A stretch of DNA of 62,913 nt, filler included, from Sphacelaria rigidula (lineage: Eukaryota): assembly GCA_964200075.2 (NCBI GenBank). It is 11 parts of 11 records of this genome, joined end to end, with 100 filler letters (N's around TTAATTAATTAA, not from the genome) between each part and the next. Parts side by side here need not be neighbours in the genome. Positions count along the whole stretch, not along the records: positions 22,917 to 28,545 come from CAXNAA020025738.1; positions 28,646 to 34,273 come from CAXNAA020025739.1; positions 34,374 to 40,001 come from CAXNAA020025740.1; 8 more parts are not named here. One strand, given 5' to 3'. Every line of letters starts with the position of its first letter. The stretch's first letter is position 1. The position numbers and the translations under genes are program-made. The notes under the pieces are model-generated. The model was not told the DNA's origin. It saw only the letters and a program-made list of their open reading frames with translations, and did not search any database. Positions 22,917-35,622 of the stretch are shown piece by piece.

Positions 22917-25900
22917 CATTCACTGATTGACCGCTTTTCACTCTCGATCGTATCATCTACTCTCAATCTCACCAAAACACTGTTTTATGTAAACAGACGT
23001 ACAAAAATCACCCAACCGAGCAAACCACTAAATTGTATTCAACGCGAACACATACCGTCTTCGATGTACCGTGCTTCCGCGTCCCGGCGTGGCCTGGTGG
23101 GGGGAAAACGGTCGCCATCGCATTTAGCGCCCTTTCTCTCGTGATGACACATATACCCAGGACAAGGGTGTGGGATGAAGTGTAAGGTCAGCACAAGTTG
23201 GGAGCACTGAGTATATGAAGATAAGAGCATGCCCTGGTCTTCTCACTCCTGTCGCGTATCGACTCGTTCCGTGTCGAGCACTGAATTCGACATATGACTT
23301 GTCATGTAAATAAGGGTACGAAAAGGGCTCCATCATCCAATGCAATAAGTACAGACATATCAGTAAGCGACGAAATGTATGTGTGTAGAATATGTACTGC
23401 GAATAGAATCCTAAAATACAAAATATGCGAAACCCACTAAAATCGTGTATTTCCCAGAACAGAAACGGCCACCGCAAAAATGATATCCGGTGATGCAACA
23501 CAAGGGAAAACACTAGGGTGACACAAACACGATCAAAAATAGAGTTAGCAAGGGTGAGCACAAAATACAATACCGCAGTTCCCAAAAGCTAAACTGTCAC
23601 CGCAGGGATGAAACCCTGTGAAGCCGGGCGCAGGGATCGTCGCGGGAAAAAGCCCAAGAGCATTGCGGATGAGTGGCAATTCAGCATGTGTTGTGGTCAT
23701 CACTTGTACTCTTTTCTAGAGTTTCAGTGCTCGTGATCGTAAGGCTGTTGTTGCATGAGATGCAACGGTGGGAAACTGTTTTTCATCGCCCCCTTTTTTT
23801 ATTTTTTAGATGATTGAACGATCTTGGTACTAGGGCTTGAGGATAGAACTGCCAGTACATGTTGCTACGATACCCTCCCGGTTCTGTTCGCCGTCTCGGC
23901 TCGTACCTGAATTGGATGATATTACCTGTGTTGCTGGACGGACTCCCGAGTGTCTTGCTGCATGTGTCGTGTTGTGCTCAAGGTCGCATGTATAATCGTT
24001 TTGTGGTGCGGTACCGACAATGGTATGGTTCGCGGTACTCACAGAAGGGCTCTGGGACGCTACTACAAAAAGAACACGAATGAAGAGAAAAATATTCTTC
24101 CGATAGATGGATGGGTGGGAGCTGATCGAGTCACCCACTATTGTACCTGAAATTTGGCGCCCCAACTTGAGGCAGGGTTTACCTGGTAGGAGGTAGATCT
24201 GTGGAAGATTGGCTTGTGCACAGAGTTCCTCAACTGCATGGTGCAAAAATAAATAAATCGAATGTATGGAAGTTACTCGCAGGCGAGCAGACCTGGATAT
24301 ATCGATTTTTCAACGCGGAAAATGAGCCCATCCTTCTTGTTTTGTTGCGGCGTCAGTGTAGTATGTTAATCGCGTTGCTTCCACGGCATATTTTCACATG
24401 TGAGTAGACATTGTGTGTCGTTTGACATTTCATGGGCGATGGTGGGATAATCATGCATATTTTAGCGTATATTGTGAGTAAAGTACACGTCGTTTCTGTA
24501 AATGAAAAGAATGTTTTATCGCCGCTTTCCTGACAAAAAAAAAAAAGAATGAGCTCATATCCCGTATTAAACAAGCGTATACCAGTTCTATTCAGCGCTG
24601 GTGAGCGACCTACTATGATGCCGACGGTTCAAATATTCCAATAAAAAAAAACTGGAAGAAAAAAAAAAGAGTAACATTTCCACTCAAGTCGGTGCTTACG
24701 CAGCCGGTGATATAAAGTCTGAGTCTGAGTCGGTCGTGTATCGACGTACAACAAAATGAAGGCAGAAATCAAGAGTGAGGCTAAAACAAAATGCCCAGAA
24801 AACAAATGAAACGCTGCGTGAGGATTGCTTGCGGCAAACGATCCTGAATGATGATTCATTTTGTGCGGGGCATGAGTCATTTCCTTTTTTCTCCTTCTTT
24901 TGTATTTTTTGTTGGGATCTGTTGGTATCTGTGGTCTGTTGATCGCGTTGCCCGACACAGAATATTGTCATGTGAGCTGTTGAAATTGATTGGCGTTTCA
25001 TGGTTGTTGATGGGATGAGTGAGCATCGTGTGTTACATGCCGGTTCAGAGGAGAACGAAGACCTAGGTGCATATCGTTTGATTACCGTTCATGTCCAAGA
25101 AAGGGAGAAAAATAAGGAAGGAAAAAAAAAAAAGGAGCTGAGCTCATGTCTCGCATAAAAAAAAACTTCATTAGTTCCGATTAATCTCGCAAGCAATCAA
25201 TGTATCCCTGTTGAGGCAATATTGTGCACGGAAGAATACGCGTTGCACTGGATGTGAGTCAAGTCGATCGTTGTGTCCGTTACACTATGTCGCAGGAGCT
25301 ATGTGGGGACTCATATTTTGTAATAGACACGTATGCGCTTATAGCCTAAAAAGAAGGAACTTCCAGCACGTGAAGGGTTGGGGGTAAAATACGACGTGTG
25401 GGTCGCTTGTGTGAGAGTACAACCGGATATACCGTTATTTTTATGGGAGTTACGAACATTTTTTTCGATGGCGGCGGCGATTACTGTTATTTTGTGCGTT
25501 GCATGTAAGGTGTAGTTTGACATTTGGGTAAACATTTCATGTTGATGGATTCGTTAAGTGTGCACCATGTGGATAGCATGCATAGATCATACATGAGGTT
25601 TGTAATGAGTCTCTTTTCATGCGAAAGTTGATCGTCGCCGCTGCCTGGGAAAATGTATGTTCATGGATTCGCACAAAACAAAAGTATATCCGTTCGTTTC
25701 AGTTCGCGCGAGTGACCCCTTGATTTGCATACTTCGTATACCTGGGTAGTATTCTAGTTTCAAAGCTGAAACGATGTCCCAAAATCTACTGTGCACAAAC
25801 GGTTCTCGTCATGCTGCTCTGTATTATCCGTGTAGTCTATAGCTACACCGCACATGTTTGACTTGCCAGTCGTGTGAGAACACAGAGCCGTGGGTAATTA

Positions 25901-26324
25901 TCAGTCACCGTTGCTTATCTCAGCTCGATGTTTCACGAGATGCACTGCCGGCTCATCGACTTAGCTTGCATGCTGTAGTACAGTTTACCGATTACTCGTA
26001 TCGATCAGTAAGAAGGCAAACATGAGCGTTTGTGTGCGGGGGGACAACTGATTGTGGCAGTAGAACCTGATTCGTGCCCGACACAGGTACCAGCCCTGCG
26101 ATGTTGGTGCTGGATAAACAAGATGGTTAGGAAAGGTGACCCCGCCACCGCTGGCAAGGTTCGTTGTATGCCTTTGTTTGCTAGGGCGATGTCTTATGCG
26201 ACCACGTCCAAATCATGTGAGATAACTGGTGTTTGTCTACCATGAAAGTAAGCCAACAACCACAAAAAATTGCGAACCCTGTAGGGCAGTTTGCCAAGAC
26301 TTTGATAAGCATAAATCTGATCCT

Positions 26325-26755
26325 GGACCCGCACATTGTGCTGCTGTGAGGCAGACAGCTGCTACCCACACTCACCGAGGATACAGCAGCTCCGTGCTGG
26401 TTCAATATTTTTGCCTCAACCTACATGCACCTGCCTTGCGTGTCTTCTGTGATAGTACGAATATACAGTACTTACTGCAGACCGAGCACACAGCTGCAGA
26501 CTCGTCACCTGATTGTTTGAAAACTTGATTCTGCCGCATTTTGACCCCACCTCGATTCTGTGCGGACGGAAACAGAGCATGCAGCATTACAAATTCTCAC
26601 GGTTTTTCAGCGCACATCGCACCGAGGTCGCCGTACGGAGTTTAGATGCACTGCGGCACGGTAACAACTACCGCATTGCGGTGACTAGGTCAGGAAGCGC
26701 CTTGCTTGATCACTCAGTACGCAACAGCCAACATCCTCTAACGGTTTGAACATTT
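26325..26755 (+). repeat. Old dispersed repeat, homologous to 32650-33040
   Basis: Collinear blocks TGTGAG.CAGACAGCT, TCACCGAGGAT, CCGTGCTGG.TCA, TTGCGTGTCTT, ACAGCTGCA, TTTAGATGC, GGAAGCGCCTTG and AGCCAACA. Confidence 0.7.
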
Positions 26756-27519
26756 GAACAAATAGTAAACAACACTGTCTGCCTTGCAACATCTCTCACA
26801 GCGATGAACGCAGTGTCAAAAACTAAACAGCTCATATGTAGCCTCAGCGGAGGTATATTTGTTGTTGAATGATTGCGTTTGCCTCTCCTGCTCTCTCGAA
26901 TTGGGCACCATGTCGCAGAAGAAAAGTAAAGGCATTGGCTGGCAGTGGAAGGTAGCCTCTGGATGGGTTGCATCAGGTACGCAGGGCATCCTAGGACCCT
27001 GTACAACAGTATGCAACGGCTACCGAACTAATGCAAGCCCTTTACGCCAAGACCATGCATACATTTCGCTTCTTGAGTCGATTATAGCTTTGCAGAAGAG
27101 GCACGACACGCAATGAGCACTGCGTATAGCGTGTGAGCTATTCCTTGGTGATGGGTGGGTGATGTCGCATTCAGCGGCGAGCAATGGTGGAGTGCAGTTC
27201 ATCATCAAGTGGCGAATATTGCTCTCAGAGATCGTTTGGGGCTTGCTTTTCTTCTGAACAGAAGGGGATCACAGGCGCAGTTGCCTATCCCATGTTTTTA
27301 GTGTCTTATCCTCGAGCGGGTTAAGGTGTCAGGACCCGCAGTTGATCACTTTATAGTCTCTTCTACAGGGTCATTTATTTATGCTGTAACAGTCAGCCAT
27401 GGCTCATTTCTTAAAGCCGTGTCCACGTTGTCCAAGCTGTGTCAGTGTTATTCCTTTTCGATCATATGGAGGGATTAGGGTGCGAGACGTGTAACTTCCA
27501 GTACCGTAAGTTGCTGTGT

Positions 27520-28380
27520 AACCGCACAGGGCGTGAATTTCGCACAGGGGTGCGTTCTCACGACCCCTGTGCGACCAACACACGGTTTGAAACGATTTAA
27601 TTGTTTTTTCGCACAGGGGGCATTGCTTTCGCACAGGGGTGTAATCTCAAGGATGAAATGCGTCTCAGCAACCTTCCGGGCGTGAGGACGCGTGCGCGCG
27701 GATGGGTCGTAGGGGCGGACAGCCTGAGTTGCCACGATTTTTGTCTTTATTCCACTGGTCATTATGGGGCTTGTCTGGACTGCGTAGCAGTGCAGACACA
27801 AAAAACATACGGAGTGGTTTTCTTTTTCAATTTATTCTACTCAAGTTCTCGTCGTGCACCTTGGATGAAACCACCAAAGCCGAAACCTTTCACCAAACGC
27901 CACCACCGACGGAAAGAATAAAGCCCGAAAGCAAACGCGTACCGGCACCGAACGATATTTCTTGCAATCAATCTCGACTCTCTCTTCGACATTTCGTGTA
28001 ACGGTATACCGGTACCAAGACAGCTACCGTAGGCCTGTGCGGTGTGCTTGATGTTGTCGTGCTGTGGCTTTGTGCCCGTGTGTACTTGCTGTGTTTCAGG
28101 CATCTTCAGATCTTGTTCCTACGGCAGTACTGTCGCAGATTGTTCCTTTACACCGGCGAAGATTTACTCCGTATCGCACATGGCGGGGTTATCGCACAGG
28201 GTGTGCGTTCCAAGACCCTTGTGTAATCGAAATTATTTACTCAATATCGCACATGCCGTTGAGATGGCACAGGGGTGTGCGATGGAAAAGCAGTACCAAA
28301 TGATTTAATTCGATTTTCGCACAGGGGGCGTGGTGTTCGCACAGGGGATCCTGGTCTGAGGACCGACGCCCGGATGGGCC
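27520..28380 (+). repeat. Two diverged direct copies (about 27520-27710 and 28170-28380) rich in (T)CGCACAGGG(G) motifs
   Basis: Repeated CGCACAGGG motifs plus shared GATTTAATT...TTTTCGCACAGGGGGC and TGAGGAC...CGGATGGG. Confidence 0.7.
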
Positions 28381-28545
28381 CAAGAAGCTCACTTTCAATT
28401 GTGTGGTTGCAGATAATAAAAAATTAACTCTCTACGTAGCTTTCACAGGTCTTGCAGATTCGATGCAGTTGGTTACCGTGATCACTTGGTGCCCCCGTTC
28501 TCCTGACATCGGAATAATTATTGCTCATGGAAAGCTATCTCTCCT

Positions 28546-28645
28546 NNNNNNNNNNNNNNNNNNNNNNNNNNNNNNNNNNNNNNNNNNNNTTAATTAATTA
28601 ANNNNNNNNNNNNNNNNNNNNNNNNNNNNNNNNNNNNNNNNNNNN
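28546..28645. other. Artificial contig linker
   Basis: N44-TTAATTAATTAA-N44. Confidence 0.99.
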
Positions 28646-28716
28646 GTCCCGGCTTTGTAGGGATGCGAGGTCAATGGTCCGATGACTATGGCATGCATGA
28701 TCATGAGTACACCCCC
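28646..28716 (+). mobile_element. 3' end of a C-tailed LINE-family element (contig starts inside it)
   Basis: GGGATGCGAGGTCAATGGTCCGATGACTATGGCATGCATGATCATGAGTACACCCCC. It is the reverse complement of 62850-62913 with one mismatch and aligns with the LINE ends at 56279-56333 and 57286-57346. Confidence 0.75.
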
Positions 28717-28940
28717 GAGAGCGGCGCGTTGGAAGAGCCAAAGCCTAGGTGTGAATCAAAGTGAACAAAGCTGAGCACACTGAGAAGCTGGCAACTCCCA
28801 CTATTGGGATCGTTTTCGCCAACGTCGCCCATATGAGGCGCTTCGTACTGCCTGAAACCAGCTATCATGCGCTCCATGGCCATTTTATTTGTAGCAGTGT
28901 TTCAGGGTTGGTTTAAGGTGGGGCTACCGCGGCATCACTC

Positions 28941-31767
28941 GCATACTACTTTATGCTGTGAGCTATCAGGAGCTTTTTTACGTACAGTAAGTGCGCACGA
29001 CGAGGAGGTATGTTACGTTATTTTTCGTTCCAAGCTTTACACATGCAGGGGAAAGGACGTGGGGTATGTCCCTTGTGCCGAGAAGACACGGCTCTATTGA
29101 CCACGCACAACTAAGCCTGCTACCGGACAAGCATCGTGACATACATGTGTGATGCTTAGATGATCGTGTTGCTACGACAGGTTCCTTTCACAGCAGCAGC
29201 TCAGGCTCAATCCGCAACAGCAATTCCCAGCAGCGTAGTTTTTTTCCCCCCACTTATAGGTCATACTGGTGTTCCCCTCTCTGAAGCCCAAATAATTCTC
29301 CAACGCAGGCAGGTAATTTGCGAGCAAGTGTTTTGTGTGAGGGTGAAAAAGCCACAAATAGGTTTCCAAATGAATCATCTTTGATTCACTCAAATGGATA
29401 TCGAAAACTGAGAGAATGCGCTTCCCTCGGTTTCCCTCAGGCATCAAGATAGATGATGCCTCAGTTGTCCAAACGTGTCTGGAAATGATGAATGGGGAAC
29501 AGTACGGGAACTGAAGTGTACCTTCCTCGTTTCGGGATCGAATTTTCGTTGCTGGAATTTGTTTACGGATGTGACGATGGAGCATTTGATTCAGGGAGAA
29601 CCATCCGTCCTTCACGATTTTTCCTAGGTACATGGAGGACTGTGGCATGGTCCTTCTTCGTCCTTGAGGGGAGCGGAGCGCACCGCTTTCGCAAAGCTTT
29701 TGGCACCCGTTTTGAGTGAATCAAAATTTATTCATCTGAAAACATCTATGTGGTTCTTTTACCCACCCACAAACACGTACCCCCAGATCACCTGCCTACG
29801 TCGTAGAATTATTTGGGCTTTAGGGAGGGTAACAACAGCATGGCCCAGAAGGGGAAAAAAAACCTGGGTGCCAGGAGCTGCTGCTGTGGAACGAACTTTT
29901 CGCAACAACACGGTCATCTAAGCATTACACATGTAGGCCACGATACTTGTCCAGTAGCAGACTTAGTTGTGAGTCGTCAACAGAACCAAGGTTTTGTTCT
30001 GTAGGGTACGGGTTTCTGTACACTCGGGATATTTTTCCGGGTATTTACCGTACCCGACAGTTCTGTGACTTCTGTCATACTTTCGTGCCGCTACCCGACA
30101 GTTCTGTACACACTGTAAGACTTTCATACCCTTACCCGATAGTTCTGTAATCTCTGTAGGACTCCCAAACCGTTACCAGGGGGCACGGGTACGCTCTTGA
30201 TAAGATACCCGATTGCGGGTACGGTTTTCTGTGCAACCTCTATACCCTGCCCGACAGTTTATGTGAGTTCTGTAAGCCTCCCATACCTCCGACAGGTCTG
30301 TGAGTTCTGTACAGAATGTTTACCCGTGCCCGGAGTGCGGGCATGCTCTTGAAGGATACCCGATTGCCGATACCGGTTTTCTGTAAGCCTCACATACCGT
30401 ACCCAACAAGTTCTAGAAGTTCTGGAAGACTTTCATCCTGTACCGGTACCCAGGGTGAGAGTATACCGTTATAGATACACCCGATTGCAAGTATAAGCAC
30501 AGGTATATACCCTGGGGAGGCACGGATATAGGTTCAAACCAAACACAACCTCATGACCTGAACATGTACCTCCCATCGATCAACCCACCCAACTCCTTCA
30601 TGCACAACTGCACACCAACAATAATTTAATGTTGAAAAGTTCTGTAGTTTGGGATCTAGCGGGATACGAGGTACCGCTGAGTGGAAACACCAAACATGAG
30701 CAGCACTGCAGACCGTCAGAATGGATCACCCCCAGACTCGAGTGGTGACTCGAGCGGGAACGGTTCACCTGCGCCACCAGGGGATCAAGTAGCAAGACGC
30801 ATATCATCGACGTTGATGGTGATTGTGTTGGGATAATGAAACCCCAGGCCGTTATCGACATGTACAGCAGAGAGTATGAGCTACCACCGAAAGTCGTCAA
30901 GGCCGTCGGCGATTTTGTCGCATGCCGAAGGGCTTCCAGAGAACGGGCAGCCGTGAATGCTCCTTCATGTACTCTCTGGGTGAAGCCGTTCACAATATTC
31001 GTGAACTGTCATCTTCTGTATTTCGCCACAGTTGTAGTGACGTAGGTCCCACCACAGGGATGATGTTATACCAAGGTCGTGTTTTGGAGGGTACGATTTA
31101 CTGTATACCCGGGGTATTTTGCCGGGTATTTACCGTACCCGACAGTTCTGTAAACTCTGTAAGATCTTCATACCCGTACCGGTAGTTCTGTGAATTCTGT
31201 AGGCCTCCCGTACCGTTACCGGGGGGCACGGGTATGCTCTTGATGAGATACCCGGTTGCGGGTACGGTTTTCTGTGCAACCTCCATACCCTTACCCGACA
31301 GTTTCTGTGAGTTCTGTGAGCCTCCCATACCCTTACCCGATAGTTCTGTGAGTTCTGTACAAAAGCTTTACTCTAACCCGAGGGGCGGGTATGCCCTGAA
31401 AGAGTTATCCGATTACCGGTACCGGTTTTCTGTGAGCCTCCCATACCGTACCCGACAAGTTCTGTGACTTCTGTAAGTCTATATACCGGTACCCGACAGT
31501 TCGGTAAACTCTGGAAGACTTTCATACCGGTACCCGAGGGTTCTGTAAGTTCTGTAAGGAATCTCATACCGTACAGAACGTACCCGTACCTTACAGAACA
31601 CAACCTTGAATAGAAGCGTATCTTCTCGGCACAAAGGGCATACCCCACGTCTTCCCCCCTGCTTGTGTAAAGCTTGGTACAATGATCATAGCAACATACC
31701 TCCTTATCGTGTGCACTGACTGAAAAATCTAGAAGCGCCTGGTAGCTTACAACCTACAGTGGTATGC
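28941..31767. mobile_element. Large fold-back element interrupted by a hAT-type insertion in its right arm
   Basis: 28941-29098 is inverted against 31609-31767, and about 29097-29500 is inverted against about 29600-29980 (e.g. ACAACTAAG.CTGCTAC.GGACAAG / CTTGTCCAGTAGCAGACTTAGTTGT, TTTGATTCACTCAAA / TTTGAGTGAATCAAA). Confidence 0.8.
29987..31608 (+). mobile_element. Composite hAT-type non-autonomous element with two minisatellite-bearing modules around a decayed coding fragment
   Basis: 27-bp TIRs CAAGGTTTTGTTCTGTAGGGTACGGGT / ACCCGTACCTTACAGAACACAACCTTG (2 mismatches). Flanking 8-mers AACAGAAC / AATAGAAG correspond to a single site in the opposite fold-back arm. TACCCGACAGTTCTGT repeats fill 29987-30552 and 31072-31608. 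Confidence 0.75.
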
Positions 31768-32649
31768 ATGCCAGTCCCCATATGGGCCACGCCGGCAATA
31801 GCTAAGCCACCACTGCAGGCATCTTGTTCCACTAGGCAGCCAACAAAGTCGCCACGGTCGTGGGTTCTATGCTACGCTTCCCCTACCCTCATCTGCACCA
31901 CTGTCTCTTCATGCACCAGTCTGTACATGATGATTGCTACGATAACACCCCCGTCGCGCGATTGGACCTATGCGCAACCGTCATCGCGAAATGGACAGTG
32001 CGTGAACAGTGGCAGCGGTAAGGAGAAGATCGCCCTGTTTTTCGACGATGTGTTCGGTAGCGCATAGGGGCACGCCCCATGGAAAATGGGGGCAGAAAGG
32101 AATCGGCATTTGCCCTGGTAAGCGCGACAGACAACACACGAATACACCAGACAAGGTGCGGCATCCCGATCTCATTCTTGTTGGCTGTCCAACAACCGCC
32201 TGCCGTTCTTGTGTCGACGAAAGGGCTCACGATCCGGGTATGAACGGGCACCTAATGTCAATCTCTCGACTGACTGGGAATCGCCGAACCAAGACACACG
32301 AAGGATATGAGCAAAGAGCCTCCTCTCCACCTCTACTCTTCCAGTGACATCGTCATCGACACGTGTACGCACCGCATGATTTCGTTACACCTCGCCCCGA
32401 CACCTGCTTAGCTTCTGAAACAGGTGCACTTTGCGAAAGAGCTTTCGTTGTTCCAACCATCGAAAAAACAAATGGAGGTTCAACCTCACCGCTCCGCCTT
32501 TCGAGGCATTGGGCCCACAGATAGGGGTAAGAATATCGAGAGGAAAAGTTTTTCGACCAATCGCGGCCTTTAAATACACCCAAGTGCGGCAGCCTTCTTC
32601 AATCAGATGAGTCAACGAGTGAAGTATGAGCGGAAAAGTGGCTTTGACT

Positions 32650-33040
32650 GGCCCAAACATTGCGCCGTTGTGAGACAGACAGCTACCACCATCAATCACC
32701 GAGGATGAAGCAACCCCGTGCTGGCTCAGTTTGTTTGCCCCAACGTGCACACACCCGGTTTGCGTGTCTTTCCCGATCACAGCACCCGCCTATGACAGAA
32801 GGGCCAGAGGAGACGCAACAGACAGCTGCACAGCCGTCACGTGATCATTTCGACTTTAATTTGCACAGCATCTTGATACCACTCCAATCATTTGCAGACC
32901 GAAACACGGCATGTTCATATTGGAGTATTTAGATGCGCAACAGCACAGCGGCAACTACAGCCTAGAAATGATGGGTTTGGGAAGCGCCTTGTTCGTTTGA
33001 CTCAAGACGATAGCCAACACAGCATGAAGGTTTCAACAAT
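32650..33040 (+). repeat. Old dispersed repeat, homologous to 26325-26755
   Basis: Same collinear blocks as listed for 26325-26755. Confidence 0.7.
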
Positions 33041-33604
33041 ACAGCACTCCGTGCCGACATTATTTTTCATAGAGATGAACGCAACGACAACAAAGTATCT
33101 CAGGCAGTCCCAGCGGAGATCAAACCGTCTTCACAAAGGCCTGAAGGCACCACAGCGCAGCGACAGCTACAGCCCACGAAACAGAGCATGAGTCTGCTTG
33201 TCCTGCAGCACAGCGATACCGGATATGTCCCATGCGATAGTCAGTCCCCTGGTTCCGGGTGGGTCTTCGATTTTTGCGGAGGGGCGATTTTCAAACGCTC
33301 GGGCAAAATCAATCGCGCTTCGCGCGAAAATATCACAAATCACGTTGAGTTACCCGATCTGTGGGAGGTGATCCTATTTCGATGCTCTCGCATCTCGTCC
33401 TCTTCAGGGTTTTCGCGTAGCAGAGAATACTCACCGTGGACTCGCGAAAGCGTCCGCTGCACCGCAGTAGGTGGTGCTGAGTGATCGCAGATTGTTGTGA
33501 AAATAGTCCGGGTTTTCAGGGTTTGCGTTGATAGAAAATAAGGAGCCGTAGAGGGGGATCGACTTCGAGCACTGTGGATTTTCAAGATACTTACGGAACT
33601 TGAG

Positions 33605-34040
33605 ACGGATCTTGAGATCCAGTCGCGCGGCCAATAATCCTGTCATAGAGCACTCAGCCGAACTTTCTGCACTTCACCCACGCGAGCCGGACCAAGCGAT
33701 TGATCTTGGGAGTCATTTCGGCCTCTCTGCTGATAAAGGCTGCTAGATATACGGAGTTCTCTGTCTCAGAATACGTGCCCCGCTAACCTGATCTGCTTGT
33801 TTCTGCCTTGCAGAAGTGCACTTGTCTCGGTCTTCTCGTCCGACACAGGCAGTCTAAATGCTTCGCACGCTCGGACGATGATTGTTTTCATTTCGCTCGT
33901 GCTTTTCGGCAACCTCGACGCAATTCCAATATTTCGGCGTATATGTAGCTGAAGTGTTTTGCGCCTTTCCTCTTCCTTTGCCTTTTGCCTCGCGTTTGTT
34001 TTAGTGGGGACTTGCTCCAGCACAACCTTCAGCCAATCGC
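33605..34040 (-). mobile_element. Degenerate RTE-clade LINE reverse transcriptase fragment
   Basis: With frameshifts it reads IYAE.IGIASRLPKSTSEMKTIIVRACEAFRLPVSDEKTET...AGHVF.ETENSVYLAAFISREAEMTPKINRLVRLAWVKCRKFG*VLYDR...LDLKIRL. This matches the RTE pattern YADD...FGLTVS..KTE...F.YLG...EI.RRI..AW...LYDR...LKIRL. Confidence 0.8.
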
Positions 34041-34273
34041 ATTGGGATACTGTACATGAAAAAAGTACCGCAGTCATATATCGTTTGATAATGATCGTGC
34101 CATTCGATAATGGTTATGTATTTCTTGTCCTTTATTATCTTCTCTCTTCTTTTCTTTCGGTGTACACTTCTGACAGATCTGGCGTTTGTTGTTTGTTTGT
34201 TTGTTTTGTCTTTCTTTTTTTTTCTCTCTCCGTTGACCTGTGGTCGCTAATTCTCTCCTGTTTTCGTGGCGTC

Positions 34274-34373
34274 NNNNNNNNNNNNNNNNNNNNNNNNNNN
34301 NNNNNNNNNNNNNNNNNTTAATTAATTAANNNNNNNNNNNNNNNNNNNNNNNNNNNNNNNNNNNNNNNNNNNN
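34274..34373. other. Artificial contig linker
   Basis: N44-TTAATTAATTAA-N44. Confidence 0.99.
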
Positions 34374-34731
34374 CATATCGTGACGTTCGTCCTGTGTCAT
34401 TCTACGTTGGACTTACCCACATGCTGTGAGCTTACGATTGTTTCAAGAGTAACGGTGAGACAGTAAGATGTTTGATTCCAGCAGCGAGCAGATGCTAGAA
34501 GGTTGACATGATAGTAAAAACGAACTGTGCTAAATGGAATAGTGAAATGTGTAGCCATATATAATAGTAAAAGTAAGTCATATTTGCATGAGCTAGCAAA
34601 ACCTCGTAACCTGCATGACCGAAATGCTATTGTTGTTCGCTCTAGTACCCGACTTGTACAGTAGAGACACGCATGTGAACGACCACTATGCCCAACATTA
34701 TTCCGTTTGTAACATTTGGCGTTGAGTAGGA
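34374..34731 (+). mobile_element. 3' part of a 5' LTR (34374-34714) followed by a primer-binding site (Gypsy family of contig 8)
   Basis: Near-identical reverse complement of 41510-41850. It ends TTTGTAACA, then TT and TGGCGTTGAGTAGGA, which is a PBS-like sequence complementary to a tRNA CCA end. Confidence 0.85.
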
Positions 34732-34904
34732 ACCTCGCCCACCGTTCAAGATCACAAAGATCACAGCACATGCTGTTGAAAATTCCCTTATTGCTCCAAG
34801 TTACATATGCATCGGGGGGCAAAAGGATGGGTTTTCAACAATCTCTCGTGCCTCTCGAATCTCATACGCCGTTTTACGGTACAATATGCGGGACTTGCAC
34901 AGCT

Positions 34905-35115
34905 GAGGCTGTTTGCAGTAAGTTATCTTTTTGCCCAATTTCTCGACGAATTGGCGGGCAAAGTGAGGATTTATTTCGAGTAGCTTCTGCTGTACAAATT
35001 TCAATTCTGCCAGTGTACGGGATTTGTGCAGCAGAAGCTATCCAAAATAAATCCTCTTTTTGGCCAGTGTTGGAAATTGGGCAAGAAAAGGATTTATTTG
35101 GAACAGCTCCTGCTG
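34905..35115. repeat. Nested inverted repeats (small hairpin element)
   Basis: GAGGATTTATTTCGAGTAGCTTCTGC / GCAGAAGCTATCCAAAATAAATCCTC and TTGCCCAATTTC / GAAATTGGGCAA. Confidence 0.6.
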
Positions 35116-35622
35116 AATAAATAATTTTACAGATTTGTAACAAAACAATTTGGATTTTCAACTCGGGAGTGCCTCCACAGGGTTGCTTGCAGTTTGTCGA
35201 GAAAAACGCGATACAAAATGCTGGTAGAGGTACCAGGGTTTGCAAATGCTGTACAGGAGTTCTCACAAAGACTGTGAAGAACCCTGTCCAGCACGTCCTA
35301 CAGGGTGCTATCTGTCCAGGTGTGCATCGAATAACCATCGTCAACAAGTTTCAACATCTTCAGCTTCGACAGGGACCGTTACATGTTCAACACCAAACGG
35401 CATGGGATTTATTCCCTTCCTTTCCGGTTCACATTTCACTGACAACCGTTGTACACCCGACCAAATTTCCCTCATCCTGGCAGTTGTCAGTTGCTCTAGT
35501 GGGCAATTCATAGACGATCAGCTGCCGACTACGTTGAGCTTGATCCATCGATGAGTATTCTTACTGCTGGACGTCATCTGCGACATGGCACGGGAAAAGG
35601 CGTTTTCAACACCGTCGTCACG

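Noticed and set aside
28646..28716. TIR pair joining the end of contig 11 to the start of contig 6
   Set aside because: The shared sequence aligns with LINE 3' ends at 56279 and 57286, so these are independent retroposon ends. There is no convincing TSD.
33788..34049. Host exon on the minus strand (AG...GT flanked open frame)
   Set aside because: The translation and downstream frames match a decayed RTE LINE reverse transcriptase.
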